Positions 32,400 through 42,533 of a DNA stretch of 64,000 nt are shown here, piece after piece; position 1 is the first letter of the stretch; the number at the start of each line of letters is the position of its first letter. The position numbers were made by a program, and so were the translations under genes. The DNA lies in contig JBBILD010000010.1 in the NCBI GenBank assembly GCA_037445065.1, positions 1 through 64,000 on the forward strand, read 5' to 3'. This DNA is from Myxococcales bacterium (GTDB lineage Bacteria > Desulfobacterota > Binatia > HRBIN30). Below the pieces are notes generated by a model that saw only the letters and a list, made by a program, of their open reading frames with translations, had not been told where the DNA came from and ran no database searches.

Positions 32400-33123
32400 C
32401 TCGGCCAAATTTCCTCTTTCTGCTGATTTGCGTGGGAGCCTGGCTCGCGAGTGGGGTCTTCCGGAACCTGCCATCGGAGAACTCCTACGCCGAGGAGTGC
32501 AGCGCCGTTACGAACGGGGGGCATCCATCCTACCGCAAGGGGCGGTGCGCGACACAGTGTTCATCCTGCTCGACGGGGAGGTCAGCATCTCCGTGTTTCT
32601 CCCCGACGGAAAGCGGATCTTGTGCGGTCTCTACCGACCAGCAACGATCTTCGGCTTCCCGCTCGTAGAGGAAGAGCGGCCGCGCTGGAGCGCGGCAGAT
32701 GCCTTTACGGATGCGGTGCTCACCTTAGTGGCACGGCGCGACTTCGAGGCGGTGCTGGCCTCTATACCCTCCGCCGAGGTCATGCGCTTTTTCAACCGGG
32801 TGCTGATGCGGCAGGCACGTTTTGCGATGCGACTGCTGCACTGTTTGGTGCTCGACCTCGCTGGCCGCCTTGCCCTCACCTTGCTCGATCTTGCCCATAC
32901 CTTCGGCTCGCCGAGCGGCTGCGAGATCGTCATTCAGCTACCCATCACCCATGAGCTGCTCGCGGAAATGGTGGGTGCCTCGCGCGAGCGGGTGAGCAAA
33001 GCGATGGCCGACTTCGCAGCCCAGGATGTCCTCCGTTACAACCGCCGGCAGATCGTACTTTGCGACCTGGCCTCGCTCGAGCGGATCGCCCAACCGCGAG
33101 CGATGCCGCTCGCTAACCCTTGA
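32392..33123 (+). CDS. Crp/Fnr family transcriptional regulator
   Basis: cNMP-binding fold (LDGEV..S...DGK) plus HTH ITHELLAEMVGASRERVSK. Confidence 0.92.
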   Translation: MSHSAKFPLSADLRGSLAREWGLPEPAIGELLRRGVQRRYERGASILPQGAVRDTVFILLDGEVSISVFLPDGKRILCGLYRPATIFGFPLVEEERPRWSAADAFTDAVLTLVARRDFEAVLASIPSAEVMRFFNRVLMRQARFAMRLLHCLVLDLAGRLALTLLDLAHTFGSPSGCEIVIQLPITHELLAEMVGASRERVSKAMADFAAQDVLRYNRRQIVLCDLASLERIAQPRAMPLANP

Positions 33124-33129
33124 GATCCT

Positions 33130-34797
33130 TCAGCTCTCGTCGGCCGCCGAGCCCAGCCGCGGAGCCAGACGGCTGGAACGCTCGAGCCAAGCCGCAAGCT
33201 CAGCGAAGAGCCCATTTCCTTCCGGGCGCTCATCGTCAGCGGTGAGCACGTCGAGATGGTAGTAACGGTCCATGAGCTGCATCCGGAATCCGTCCGGCAC
33301 TGCGCTGCGAAATTCACCGTTGCGGAGGCGGGGGGAGATCGAGTCGCGGTAGGGGACGAGCCGTTCCAAGTTGTTGAGCAACCCACGCGAGCCGCCTACA
33401 GCGAACACAGGCAGATCCACCAGCGCATTTTCGGTGGCGCGCAGGCCGTACTGCTCGGCACGCCAATCTCCCCGGCGGGCCACGTTCAAGCCGGTGGTCA
33501 CACTGACGTCGAGAGTCAACCGTGCCGGAAAGTACCACTCGATAAAGTTCGTCGGGCCCGCAAACAGCAGCCGGGCAAAGGTTTCGAGCCGCGTGGGGTC
33601 GGTTCGCGACGGATCGTCCGCCGCTTGCGCCACCCAGTCGTAGCGGGCGGTTGGGTCGAGAGGGGCAAGCAAATTACCCACGGGGCCCAGCAGTTGCGAG
33701 AGCAATGGGCCGTTCGGATTTGCACCGACGCGCCCGCCGGTGAGACTCCCCAGGCTCACGCGCACGAACGCGAGAGGCTGGAAATCATTGTCGAAGCCGA
33801 GCCCCAACGCCGCGCGGTTGGTCGCCTGCACAGGCTCCGAGCTCCCGAAAAGAAGAGAGAAAAAGTTGCGGTACAGATCCGCATCAGGGGACAGCTCCTG
33901 ACCCGTGCCGAACTCGGGCGCTGCGCGCATGGCCAGAATTTCTGCCACGATGAACAGATCGGAAGAAACAAACGGCTCGAGCGAACTCACCGGGTTGCCC
34001 GTGCGGATCGAGCGTACACTCGTACGGGTGAACCCCCCGCCCACGCCGGTGCGCTCGTATGCTTCTTGCGAGGGAGGGGGAGCACCCGGGTTCGGTGCGC
34101 CTTCGAGCAAAACCAAGCCCGAAAGCAATTCGTAGCCCGCGTGATCTCCAAAATCCCAAGCGGCGTAAATCGGAGCGATCGAGGCCCCGAGCGAGTGGCC
34201 ACCCAGAAACACCGCCGCCCGTGGGTAGCGCCGCCGCGCCGCACGGATGAGCGCATCGAGGTCGCGAACATGGACATCCAAGCCCCACTCGGACAAAAAG
34301 CGAAGCTCGCTGGCGGGCAAGATTCCCGCGAAGGTCTTCCCGTCAATCGGCGCGCGGGCGAAGTAATACGCCTTCGCAATATCCGCATTCTTCTCCGCCT
34401 CGGCGCGATCCAAGCCCAGGTGATCTTCTAGCCAGTTAGAACGGCGATCCACCGCCCATACCACCAACGCGCCATTACTGCGCTGGACCAGCCGCCGAGC
34501 CAGGTAATCAAAATTGTTCGCTCCGCCCAAAAAGCCCGGCATGAGCACCAAAACGCGTTCGACTTCTTCATCCCGCTTGCCCTCCGCCGAGTACGCAAGC
34601 GCTCGCGCGCGGTTTAGGTGCGGAGGAGTTTCCACGCCAAACTCCGGGTTGGCGGGAGGAATGGCCCCCGGGACGACGACCATTTCCTGACGAATCACGC
34701 TTTGGGTAGCCTGCTCAGGCTCTCCGTCGTCGCCACAACCTACGAAAAATGTAGGGAGAAGCAGAACAAGCAGCTTCGCCCAGAACTGTTTCCTCAT
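33130..34797 (-). CDS. Alpha/beta-hydrolase lipoprotein
   Basis: Lipobox FVGC; PGFLGG oxyanion loop, GHSLG nucleophile, YYHLD catalytic His. Confidence 0.8.
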   Translation of the reverse strand: MRKQFWAKLLVLLLPTFFVGCGDDGEPEQATQSVIRQEMVVVPGAIPPANPEFGVETPPHLNRARALAYSAEGKRDEEVERVLVLMPGFLGGANNFDYLARRLVQRSNGALVVWAVDRRSNWLEDHLGLDRAEAEKNADIAKAYYFARAPIDGKTFAGILPASELRFLSEWGLDVHVRDLDALIRAARRRYPRAAVFLGGHSLGASIAPIYAAWDFGDHAGYELLSGLVLLEGAPNPGAPPPSQEAYERTGVGGGFTRTSVRSIRTGNPVSSLEPFVSSDLFIVAEILAMRAAPEFGTGQELSPDADLYRNFFSLLFGSSEPVQATNRAALGLGFDNDFQPLAFVRVSLGSLTGGRVGANPNGPLLSQLLGPVGNLLAPLDPTARYDWVAQAADDPSRTDPTRLETFARLLFAGPTNFIEWYFPARLTLDVSVTTGLNVARRGDWRAEQYGLRATENALVDLPVFAVGGSRGLLNNLERLVPYRDSISPRLRNGEFRSAVPDGFRMQLMDRYYHLDVLTADDERPEGNGLFAELAAWLERSSRLAPRLGSAADES

Positions 34798-34860
34798 CGG
34801 CACTCCTCTCCTCGGCAAGGGTGCCGAATGTACAGCGGTCGGTCTAGAGGGTTTTCCGGC

Positions 34861-35076
34861 CTAGCGCAGTCGGCTCGCGGACCCTGGGGGACGCAGCCCG
34901 CGGTAAAAGTCGCCCCGCTCCTCTCGCAACTGCATCAGTCGCCGCTCCGCATCCCGGACCATGCGGGGCCGGTAATTTAAGAGGTAGTAGAGGCCGATCA
35001 GGATTCCGATCAGCCCCAAACCGTGGTCGGGATGGGCAGCGCAGTACTGCAGGAGCGGTTGCACGAAGTCACTCAT
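34861..35076 (-). CDS. Small single-pass membrane protein
   Basis: GAGGAGG RBS; one TM helix GLGLIGILIGLYYLL. Confidence 0.65.
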   Translation of the reverse strand: MSDFVQPLLQYCAAHPDHGLGLIGILIGLYYLLNYRPRMVRDAERRLMQLREERGDFYRGLRPPGSASRLR

Positions 35077-35107
35077 CGTTCCTCCTCGCGAATCCCCCCT
35101 TCCTGAC

Positions 35108-36355
35108 ATGTCAGCCTGTCTGCGAGAAGTGTGCCGAGTTGCCAACAAAGTTCTGCCGTTTTATTTCGTTACGGTGCGTCACGGTTACAACACCCGCTTG
35201 CACAGATCGTGTTGCTCGCTCGCCAAATTGCCAAAATTTGTCACTCGAGCGGGCCGTCCCTTCCTTCTTATTATCGTGCTGAGCGTTCCCGCTTCCTCCG
35301 AAATCGGCTCCGTGAAGGAGCAACCCCCCAGCACCACCCCAGGAGTGCTAGGCCCAGAAACAGGAGATCGCGCAGGAAGCGAGCATCGTTCGGTGGATGC
35401 ACTGCACGCAGTCGCGGAGCCGAAGACAGCGCCCACCCCGAATGCCGCCGTCTCGCAGCAACAGCGCGAAGCGGAGCGCTACCCGGTGTACCACATCGTA
35501 GTGGGGACGGAGCGAACGCACCGCGTGGAAGCCGGCGACACGCTGGCCGCGCTTGCGCGCCGCTACCATGTATCCGTGGCGGTGACTCAGCGCCGCAACG
35601 GAATTCACGACCCGCGCCGCTTGCACATCGGGCAGCGGCTTGTGCTCTCCAACCAACACGTGGTGGCCGCGCCCTTTGCGGACGGCCTGGTGGTTGATCT
35701 CAACTTGCTCGCCCTGTTCGTCGTACGCGAAAGCCGCGTCGCGGCGCGCTACCCGATTGCTGCGGGGCGGCCGGCCTGGGAAACGCCGCCTGGCCTGTAC
35801 CACATCACCGGGAGGCGCAAGGATCCCGTGTGGTACGTGCCTCCGTCCATCCAACGGGAAATGCAGGCACTCGGCCAACCTGTGCGACGCGTGGTACCAC
35901 CCGGTCCGGACAACCCGCTAGGTCGCTTCTGGCTGCAGCTTTCCGCTCCTGGCATTGGGATTCACGGCACCAACGCGCCGTGGAGTGTGGGCCGCTACGC
36001 CACGCATGGTTGTATCCGCTTGCACAACGAGCACGTGGAGACCCTGTTCCGGGAGGTGCCAGACGGTACCCCGGTCGCCATCGTGCGCGAGCCCATCCGC
36101 ATTGGACGCACCGCTAGCGGGCGGGTGTTTCTCGAAGCCCATGAACGTGCAGGTCCAGAAGCCCTCGAGCAGATTCGCAAGGCGCTGGACCGAGAGGGAG
36201 CAGCAAGTGAGGTAGACTGGCAACGCACAGCGCAGGTTCTGTCCGCTGCTTGGGGGGTGGCTGTGGACGTTACCCGAAAACCTGTTCCGGCGGCTGAGAA
36301 CCCGCACTCGCTCGCGCCGCCGGAGCCCAGCGCATCAAGAGAGCCGGCGCACTAA
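35108..36355 (+). CDS. LysM + L,D-transpeptidase (start uncertain, probably downstream of 35108)
   Basis: HRVEAGDTLAALARRY LysM; PGPDNPLG, IGIHGTN...ATHGCIRL. Confidence 0.88.
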   Translation: MSACLREVCRVANKVLPFYFVTVRHGYNTRLHRSCCSLAKLPKFVTRAGRPFLLIIVLSVPASSEIGSVKEQPPSTTPGVLGPETGDRAGSEHRSVDALHAVAEPKTAPTPNAAVSQQQREAERYPVYHIVVGTERTHRVEAGDTLAALARRYHVSVAVTQRRNGIHDPRRLHIGQRLVLSNQHVVAAPFADGLVVDLNLLALFVVRESRVAARYPIAAGRPAWETPPGLYHITGRRKDPVWYVPPSIQREMQALGQPVRRVVPPGPDNPLGRFWLQLSAPGIGIHGTNAPWSVGRYATHGCIRLHNEHVETLFREVPDGTPVAIVREPIRIGRTASGRVFLEAHERAGPEALEQIRKALDREGAASEVDWQRTAQVLSAAWGVAVDVTRKPVPAAENPHSLAPPEPSASREPAH

Positions 36356-37609
36356 GTCGGCAACTCGCTCCAAGGCACCGGCAACCACGGTGTGCACGAA
36401 TGCCTGCCGCCTCTCGCGGGGGGCACCGCGCAATTCAGCGAGTTGCGCCTGGACGGCTTCTTCGAATGGATCCAGGATTTCCCTCACCAAGGTCAGGTGC
36501 AAGGGCCAGTTGCGCTCGACCGCGCTGCGCAACCGGCACATCTGCCACCACGCCGAGTCTTCCTGCTCCGCTTCGCCACCACGGGCCAGGACTTCGGGCA
36601 AATCGGTATCCACGAACAAGGGCAGGAATACGCCACAACACGCTGAGCCCAAGGAAGCCCAGTAGACGATGGGGCACTGCTCGGGCAGCGCCAGTTCCGC
36701 CACCACGCTTGCTGTGGTGGTTCCCACGGGGTCGGCATGCATGCAAACGGTGAAGTATTCGGCTTCACCGGGATTCACGCCCGCATGCGGGTCGAGCCGC
36801 CCGTAGTGATCCCGCAGAGCGGCCTTCATACGGGCCGCATCCCAGCGGCCGCGATGCTGGCTCAGCCACTCACAGGTCCGCCGATGCCGCGCAGAAGAAA
36901 CCTCCGCCGGGACCAACGAGTGGTCGCGGTAGGCAGCAGCAAAGTCGAAGCGCTGCTCCGCCTCTTCCGGCCACCACCCCTGCTCCACAGCGTGCTCGAT
37001 CGTTCCCTCCGCGAGAGCATCCCAATCACTGCTGATGGTCAGGTGGTTCGAGAGACTCGCCACCTCCTCCACCCGCTGCACGGCCCAGTATCGTCCTGCC
37101 GTTTCCCACAAAAACGCCTCGCGCGCGTCCGCAACTAAAAATGAGTTGTGGTACGGCCAATGTTTATCCGCAAAACCGGAGCCTCCCTGGCCATGCCGTG
37201 CGAGCAGTTCGCTCATCACCTCGACCGCTTCCCGCGCGCTTTGCGCCCGCTCCAAACCGAGACGGACGAGATCCATACCGAGCAAGCCGGTGTCCGCCAC
37301 AGGTTCGCGCGTAAACACTGTGTGGTTGCCGATCGCCACGCCATGCTCGTTTACCCCGTGCTCAAACCCCCAGCACCAGTACGGGCGCGAACCCAGCACC
37401 CGGTATGTGTGCCGCACCTGCGGAATCTCGATGTACGTGCAGCGCACGCTCGCCTGCGCGGGGTGCTCTCTTGCTGGCACGAGGCACAAAGGCTGGCATT
37501 CGAGCGCCGGCCGATCACTGTTCTTCGCGAACAAAGTCACCCCCTGGCTGGTCGCCGGGGGCAGGGCCACTAAGGAGTCGCATGACCAACGTTGTTGCCA
37601 ATCCAGCAT
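36335..37609 (-). CDS. Peptidase C69/secernin-like dipeptidase
   Basis: N-terminal nucleophile SCD, FAKNSDR, WGFEHGVNEHGVAIGN, LLGMDLVRLGLER. Confidence 0.9.
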   Translation of the reverse strand: MLDWQQRWSCDSLVALPPATSQGVTLFAKNSDRPALECQPLCLVPAREHPAQASVRCTYIEIPQVRHTYRVLGSRPYWCWGFEHGVNEHGVAIGNHTVFTREPVADTGLLGMDLVRLGLERAQSAREAVEVMSELLARHGQGGSGFADKHWPYHNSFLVADAREAFLWETAGRYWAVQRVEEVASLSNHLTISSDWDALAEGTIEHAVEQGWWPEEAEQRFDFAAAYRDHSLVPAEVSSARHRRTCEWLSQHRGRWDAARMKAALRDHYGRLDPHAGVNPGEAEYFTVCMHADPVGTTTASVVAELALPEQCPIVYWASLGSACCGVFLPLFVDTDLPEVLARGGEAEQEDSAWWQMCRLRSAVERNWPLHLTLVREILDPFEEAVQAQLAELRGAPRERRQAFVHTVVAGALERVADLVRRLS

Positions 37610-37713
37610 GGGCGGCTCATAGCTCGCTGCCCGCACGCGGGAAACTGCCCGCTCGGCTTCTCCTAGCGAGCCCAGCGCTGTAAAAGAGGGCCTGCTTGCG
37701 GAGGGAGGTCGGG

Positions 37714-38508
37714 ATGGACTCGTACGAGACGTTACAAGTGAGCGTGAAGGATCATGTGGCTACGGTTCTGCTCAACCGCCCGGCACGTCTGAACGCGTGG
37801 ACTCCGATCATGGGCAACGAGTTGGTGGCCGCCTTTCGCGCCCTGGATGCCGACCCCGAGGTCCGCGCCATTGTGCTGGCGGGGGCGGGCAAGTCGTTTT
37901 GCGCGGGTGCGGACATGGAGTTTTTTGCTTCGCAGATCGCACGCGGCGGTGGCATGCAAGGAAGCGGCACGCTCACTCGTAGCGAGGAATTTCCACTTCT
38001 GATGCGCCGGCTCGGGAAACCGACCGTCGCGGCCCTGCACGGCTACGCGCTGGGCGTAGGCGCGACTATGTCGCTCCTCTGCGATGTGCGCATTGCCAGC
38101 CGTGACGCAAAAATCGGCTTTATCTTTGGGCGCGTCGGTGTCATGAGCGAGTTGGGCTCGACCTTTCTGCTGCCCCGCATCGTTGGCCTCGGCCGTGCCT
38201 GCGAGCTGCTGCTCAGTGGGAAGACTTTTACCGCTTCCCAATGCCGGCAGTTCGGTCTGGTCAACGCCGTCGTGCGCAACCAAGAACTCCTCGCGCGCGC
38301 ACTGGCACTTGCTGCGGAAATGGCAGAATGCGCACCGCTATCCCTGCGTTTGACTCGGCAAGCCCTGTATCAGGGGCTGGAGAATTCGTTCGAGAACCAG
38401 CTCCGCGTCGAGTCGCTCGCGCTCGACTTCCTCTATCGTACAGAGGATCACGCCGAGGCGGTGCGCGCGTTCAAGGAGAAACGTCCGCCGGCGTTTCGCG
38501 GCCGCTAG
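37714..38508 (+). CDS. Enoyl-CoA hydratase/isomerase family protein
   Basis: LNRPARLNA, FCAGAD, HGYALGVG, AFKEKRPP.F.G. Confidence 0.92.
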   Translation: MDSYETLQVSVKDHVATVLLNRPARLNAWTPIMGNELVAAFRALDADPEVRAIVLAGAGKSFCAGADMEFFASQIARGGGMQGSGTLTRSEEFPLLMRRLGKPTVAALHGYALGVGATMSLLCDVRIASRDAKIGFIFGRVGVMSELGSTFLLPRIVGLGRACELLLSGKTFTASQCRQFGLVNAVVRNQELLARALALAAEMAECAPLSLRLTRQALYQGLENSFENQLRVESLALDFLYRTEDHAEAVRAFKEKRPPAFRGR

Positions 38509-39484
38509 GCGGGGCGTACACGATCTCCGCCCGTGCGCGAAGTTGGCGGGTAAACTCATCTTGCCGGCGCTGGCGCTCCCGCCGCAACAACACTTCGGCG
38601 ATGCGCCCTTTGACCTCTTCGAGCGGCGCAATTCCAGCTTCGCGACGACCGGTTACCTGTAACAGGTGGTACCCGGCCGGAGAACGCACTGGCGTGCTGA
38701 TCTCCCCTACGCGCAGGGACAGCGCTGCCCGCTCGAATTCCTCGTGCAGTTCACCAGCCGCGACCCAACCCAAATCGCCCCCCGCGTCCGCGGTGTCTCG
38801 ATCCGCTGACTCCTTATGGGCAAGTTCGGCGAAGTTCTCCCCAGCTTCCAAGCGTCGCCGCACCTCTTCCGCTCGCCGCCTCGCAGCTTGCCAAGCCTCC
38901 GCCGCGTTCCCTCCCAACGGCCGGAACAGAATGTGGCGCACACGCACTTGGGCCGGATGGCGGAACTCCTGGCGGTGCCGTTCGTAAAATGCCGCGACCG
39001 CATCGTCGCTGACTCGCACATCTTTCCACACCACCGTCTCCAAGAGTCGCTGCACCGCCAGCGCTCGTTCCGTATCGCGTTCCACCTCCGCAGGCGTCCA
39101 TCCCCGACTCCGCAACGCCTCCGCGTAGGCCTGCGCTCCTCCCATTTTCTGCTCGGTTCGTTTCAGTTCAGCTACGATCGCTTCCTTGGGGATCCGGATT
39201 CCCAGCCGCTGGCTTTCCTGGAACAAGAGTTCGAAGTCGATGAGCGACTCTAACGCTGCCCGTTCGAGCTGCCGGCGCCGCTCCGGGTCCGCCGCCGCCT
39301 CCTGCTCAACGGCAAGAACTCCCGCCAGCACTTCGCTCAGCGCCCGCTCGCTCACCACCACGCCGTTGACGCGCGCTACCGCGGCACTGCTTCCCAGCGC
39401 TCTTGCCTCTTCGCCCCGCGCGGCTCGCTCAGCCGCTGCAAGGGCCGCAAACAACACACACAAAACAAGAAAGCGGCACGGCAC
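38471..39484 (-). CDS. PpiC-type peptidylprolyl isomerase (SurA/PrsA-like)
   Basis: Signal peptide; VARVNG, VRHIL, GGDLGW, GYHLL. Confidence 0.9.
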   Translation of the reverse strand: MPCRFLVLCVLFAALAAAERAARGEEARALGSSAAVARVNGVVVSERALSEVLAGVLAVEQEAAADPERRRQLERAALESLIDFELLFQESQRLGIRIPKEAIVAELKRTEQKMGGAQAYAEALRSRGWTPAEVERDTERALAVQRLLETVVWKDVRVSDDAVAAFYERHRQEFRHPAQVRVRHILFRPLGGNAAEAWQAARRRAEEVRRRLEAGENFAELAHKESADRDTADAGGDLGWVAAGELHEEFERAALSLRVGEISTPVRSPAGYHLLQVTGRREAGIAPLEEVKGRIAEVLLRRERQRRQDEFTRQLRARAEIVYAPPSGRETPADVSP

Positions 39485-39959
39485 GGCGGACTCTACGGGT
39501 GGGTCTTGAGCCGGTGCTCATAACGCGATGGCAGCAAAGGATCAAACCAAGCAGGCCCGTGGGCGGGGCGCGCTCCACCCCAACGGCCCACCGCCTCGTC
39601 GTTGCGGACCGAAAAGGGCTGTGCCGGGACGAGCAAGAAGCACGGCCACCAACGCAACGCCAAAGGGCGAATGCGGCCGCGGTGACAACCGCTGCCCCCC
39701 CAACAGCCGCAGGCAGCGATTGTAACGGTTGGTGCTCGTCGAGCCCTTGCCGTGCATGAGTTCAAGAAGACTACGGGATCCCTCTTGCTCCTGCCACTTC
39801 GGAAACGTGCCAGCCTTTGGCATGGCCGAACCGCCGTTGGCGGCCCGGATGCGAGCGCTGAACCTCGCCTTTCCGGTAGCGACCACCACCAGCACCTGGC
39901 TGCCAGCTTGTGATGGCCACCTTGCAACGAGACCGAACGCTGCTTAATGCGCGCGCACG

Positions 39960-40847
39960 ATGGCCAGCGCCGAACGAGCAGAATTGACCGTCGCCTTAGG
40001 GCAAATGCACTGCGGGCGCAGCGCGGATGACAACGTTGCGCGCGCGGTTTCTTTCGTAAGTGAGGCAGCCAAGCGTGGGGCACAGCTCGTATGCCTCCCG
40101 GAACTCTTCCGCACTGGATATTTCTGTCAAGAAGAGAACCCGGAGTTGTTCGACCTCGCCGAACCTGTCCCTGGGCCGACCACCGACGCACTCTGTCGTG
40201 CCGCGGCCTCGCAGCACATCGCGGTTATTGGCTCCGTCTTCGAGCGCCGCGCCCCCGGCCTGTACCATAACACAGCCGTCGTGATCGAACGGGACGGAAG
40301 CCTGCGCGGCGTTTACCGCAAGATGCACATCCCACACGATCCCCTGTACTTCGAGAAATACTACTTCACCCCCGGAGATTTGGGCGTTCGTGTCTTCGCA
40401 CTGCATTGCGGGCAGATCGCAGTCTTGATTTGCTGGGACCAATGGTACCCCGAGGCCGCTCGATTGGCGGCGCTCGCCGGTGCGCAGATCATCTTTTACC
40501 CCACGGCGATCGGCTGGCATCCCACGGAGAAAGAGGCGTTTGGCGCCGATCAGTACGCTGCGTGGCAAACCATACAGCGGGCGCACGCCATTGCCAACGG
40601 CGTGTTCGTGGCTGCCTGCAACCACACGGGCATGGAAGGCCAGATCGAGTTTTGGGGCGGCTCGTTTGTGGCGGATCCGTTTGGCCGCATTCTCGCTCAG
40701 GCCAAACACGACGCTGAGGAGCTGCTCCTGGTACGCTGCAACCTGAGCGAGATCGAGCATACCCGCCGCCACTGGCCCTTCCTGCGCGATCGCCGGGTGG
40801 ACGCCTACGCCGATCTCTCCCGCCGTTACCTCGATCCTGCCCGATGA
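39960..40847 (+). CDS. aguB: N-carbamoylputrescine amidase (carbon-nitrogen hydrolase)
   Basis: Catalytic E-K-C triad (LPELF, YRKMHIP, ICWDQWYPE); YPTAIGW; adjacent to aguA. Confidence 0.92.
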   Translation: MASAERAELTVALGQMHCGRSADDNVARAVSFVSEAAKRGAQLVCLPELFRTGYFCQEENPELFDLAEPVPGPTTDALCRAAASQHIAVIGSVFERRAPGLYHNTAVVIERDGSLRGVYRKMHIPHDPLYFEKYYFTPGDLGVRVFALHCGQIAVLICWDQWYPEAARLAALAGAQIIFYPTAIGWHPTEKEAFGADQYAAWQTIQRAHAIANGVFVAACNHTGMEGQIEFWGGSFVADPFGRILAQAKHDAEELLLVRCNLSEIEHTRRHWPFLRDRRVDAYADLSRRYLDPAR

Positions 40848-41914
40848 GCCAACGCTTGCCGGATCTTCCAGCCCGACTTGGTTTCCGCATGCCTGCAGAA
40901 TGGGAGCCGCACGCGGCCACGTGGCTGTCATGGCCCCACAAGGAGGAGTCGTGGCCAGGTCTGTTCACCGATATTCCGAAGGTTTGGGCGGAATTGGCGG
41001 CTGCCCTGAGCTCGGGCGAGGATGTTTGCATCTTGGTCCGCGATGCCACGATGGAGGAGGCAGCGCGGCTTCTTTTACGCGAGCGTTTGGCAACCCTCGA
41101 ACGGATCCGTTTCTTTCACATTCCGACCAACGACGCGTGGATCCGCGACCATGGCCCGACGTTCGTCGTGCGTGAGCTTGAAGGTGCGCGCGAACTGGCC
41201 GCCGTGGATTGGATTTTCAACGCCTGGGGAGGGAAGTACCCGCCTTGGGATGACGACGACGCGGTGCCGACGCGTATCGCCGCGCGGCTCGGGATCCCCG
41301 TCGCTTCGCCCGGGATCGTGCTCGAAGGCGGCTCGATCGAGGTGAACGGCCGCGGCTTGTTGCTCACCACCGAGCAATGCCTGCTCAATCCGAACCGCAA
41401 CCCACATCTGTCGCGAGAAGAAATCGAGGAAGTACTGCGCCTCTACCTGGGGGTTCAGCAGGTGCTTTGGCTCGGTCAGGGGATCGTGGGTGATGACACC
41501 GACGGCCACATTGACGACCTCGCCCGCTTCACGGACGAGCGCACGATCGTGGCCGCGTATACCGACGATTCTTGCTCGCCCGACTTTTACGCCCTGCAGG
41601 ACAACTGGCGCCGCCTGCAGGCCATGCGTGACCTCGACGGCCGACCCTTTCACCTCGTTCCCTTACCCACACCAGAACCGGTGTTTTTTGGCGGGCAACA
41701 GTTGCCAGCGAGCTATGCGAATTTTTACATCGGCAACTCGGTGGTCCTGGTGCCGGTTTTCGGTGTTGCACAAGATCGCCCGGCTTTGCGCCTTTTGCAG
41801 GAGTTGTTCCCTACACGCCGTGTGATCGGTCTTCCCTGCAGAGAACTCATCTGGGGCCTGGGCGCGATTCACTGCGTCACTCAGCAGCAGCCTGCCACTG
41901 GCAAGAACCGCTAG
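40844..41914 (+). CDS. aguA: Agmatine deiminase
   Basis: MPAEWEPH, DAWIRDHGP, LEGGSI, DTDGHID, GAIHCVTQQQP; ATGA overlap with aguB. Confidence 0.95.
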   Translation: MSQRLPDLPARLGFRMPAEWEPHAATWLSWPHKEESWPGLFTDIPKVWAELAAALSSGEDVCILVRDATMEEAARLLLRERLATLERIRFFHIPTNDAWIRDHGPTFVVRELEGARELAAVDWIFNAWGGKYPPWDDDDAVPTRIAARLGIPVASPGIVLEGGSIEVNGRGLLLTTEQCLLNPNRNPHLSREEIEEVLRLYLGVQQVLWLGQGIVGDDTDGHIDDLARFTDERTIVAAYTDDSCSPDFYALQDNWRRLQAMRDLDGRPFHLVPLPTPEPVFFGGQQLPASYANFYIGNSVVLVPVFGVAQDRPALRLLQELFPTRRVIGLPCRELIWGLGAIHCVTQQQPATGKNR

Positions 41915-41930
41915 ACGCGGCTCCTCCCAC

Positions 41931-42533
41931 TCAGTGCAGTTTCGCCAGCGCAATCGGTTGTGCGACAAAAGCGAGGCGAGCACCCGTTTCCGACAGCAGT
42001 GCCGTACCCTGGGGAAAGGTCGGCGGCGCGTGCGGGAAGACCAGCAGTGCCACGTCCAAGAAACCACCCCGCTCCGCCACAGCCGCTCTCGGTAGCTCCA
42101 ACGAGGCGAGGTACTGCCCGGCACCCAGCGCAATCGGCGTCTCGCGGCCCACGTACCAGAGTGCCGCGTCACCGCCGCTGCGCACCGCGAGCCGCACCTG
42201 GGCTGCGGAGACTGCTGGGTCAGCAAGCGTGAACCCCAACGAAAATGAGCAGTGTTCGCCCTCGATGAGGCCACAGTCCAAAACTCCGCGCCCCGCTTCC
42301 TGCAAATCTACCGGCGCCGCCATCGAGGGCACCGAAGCTAAGGGACACAGCGTCAGCCCGGTTTCCTCCACCACCACACAGCGCTGCTCCTGCCGCACCA
42401 ATTGCAACGCCGCAGCCTCCAGGGGGGCACGTGCATCGAAGCCGCTCGAGCCGCTGCCCCCCCCGCAAGCCGCGGCCCAAATGGCCGCTAGGATCAGACA
42501 GGTGACGTTGCGCCTGGCCATTGTCCACCTCAC
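41931..42533 (-). CDS. Hypothetical lipoprotein
   Basis: Lipobox AAAC-GGGSGSSG; four further Cys; GTGA overlap with the upstream regulator. Confidence 0.7.
   Translation of the reverse strand: MRWTMARRNVTCLILAAIWAAACGGGSGSSGFDARAPLEAAALQLVRQEQRCVVVEETGLTLCPLASVPSMAAPVDLQEAGRGVLDCGLIEGEHCSFSLGFTLADPAVSAAQVRLAVRSGGDAALWYVGRETPIALGAGQYLASLELPRAAVAERGGFLDVALLVFPHAPPTFPQGTALLSETGARLAFVAQPIALAKLH

Noticed and set aside
39485..39959. Short ORFs between the PPIase and aguB
   Set aside because: No motifs or convincing RBS; probably a divergent promoter region.
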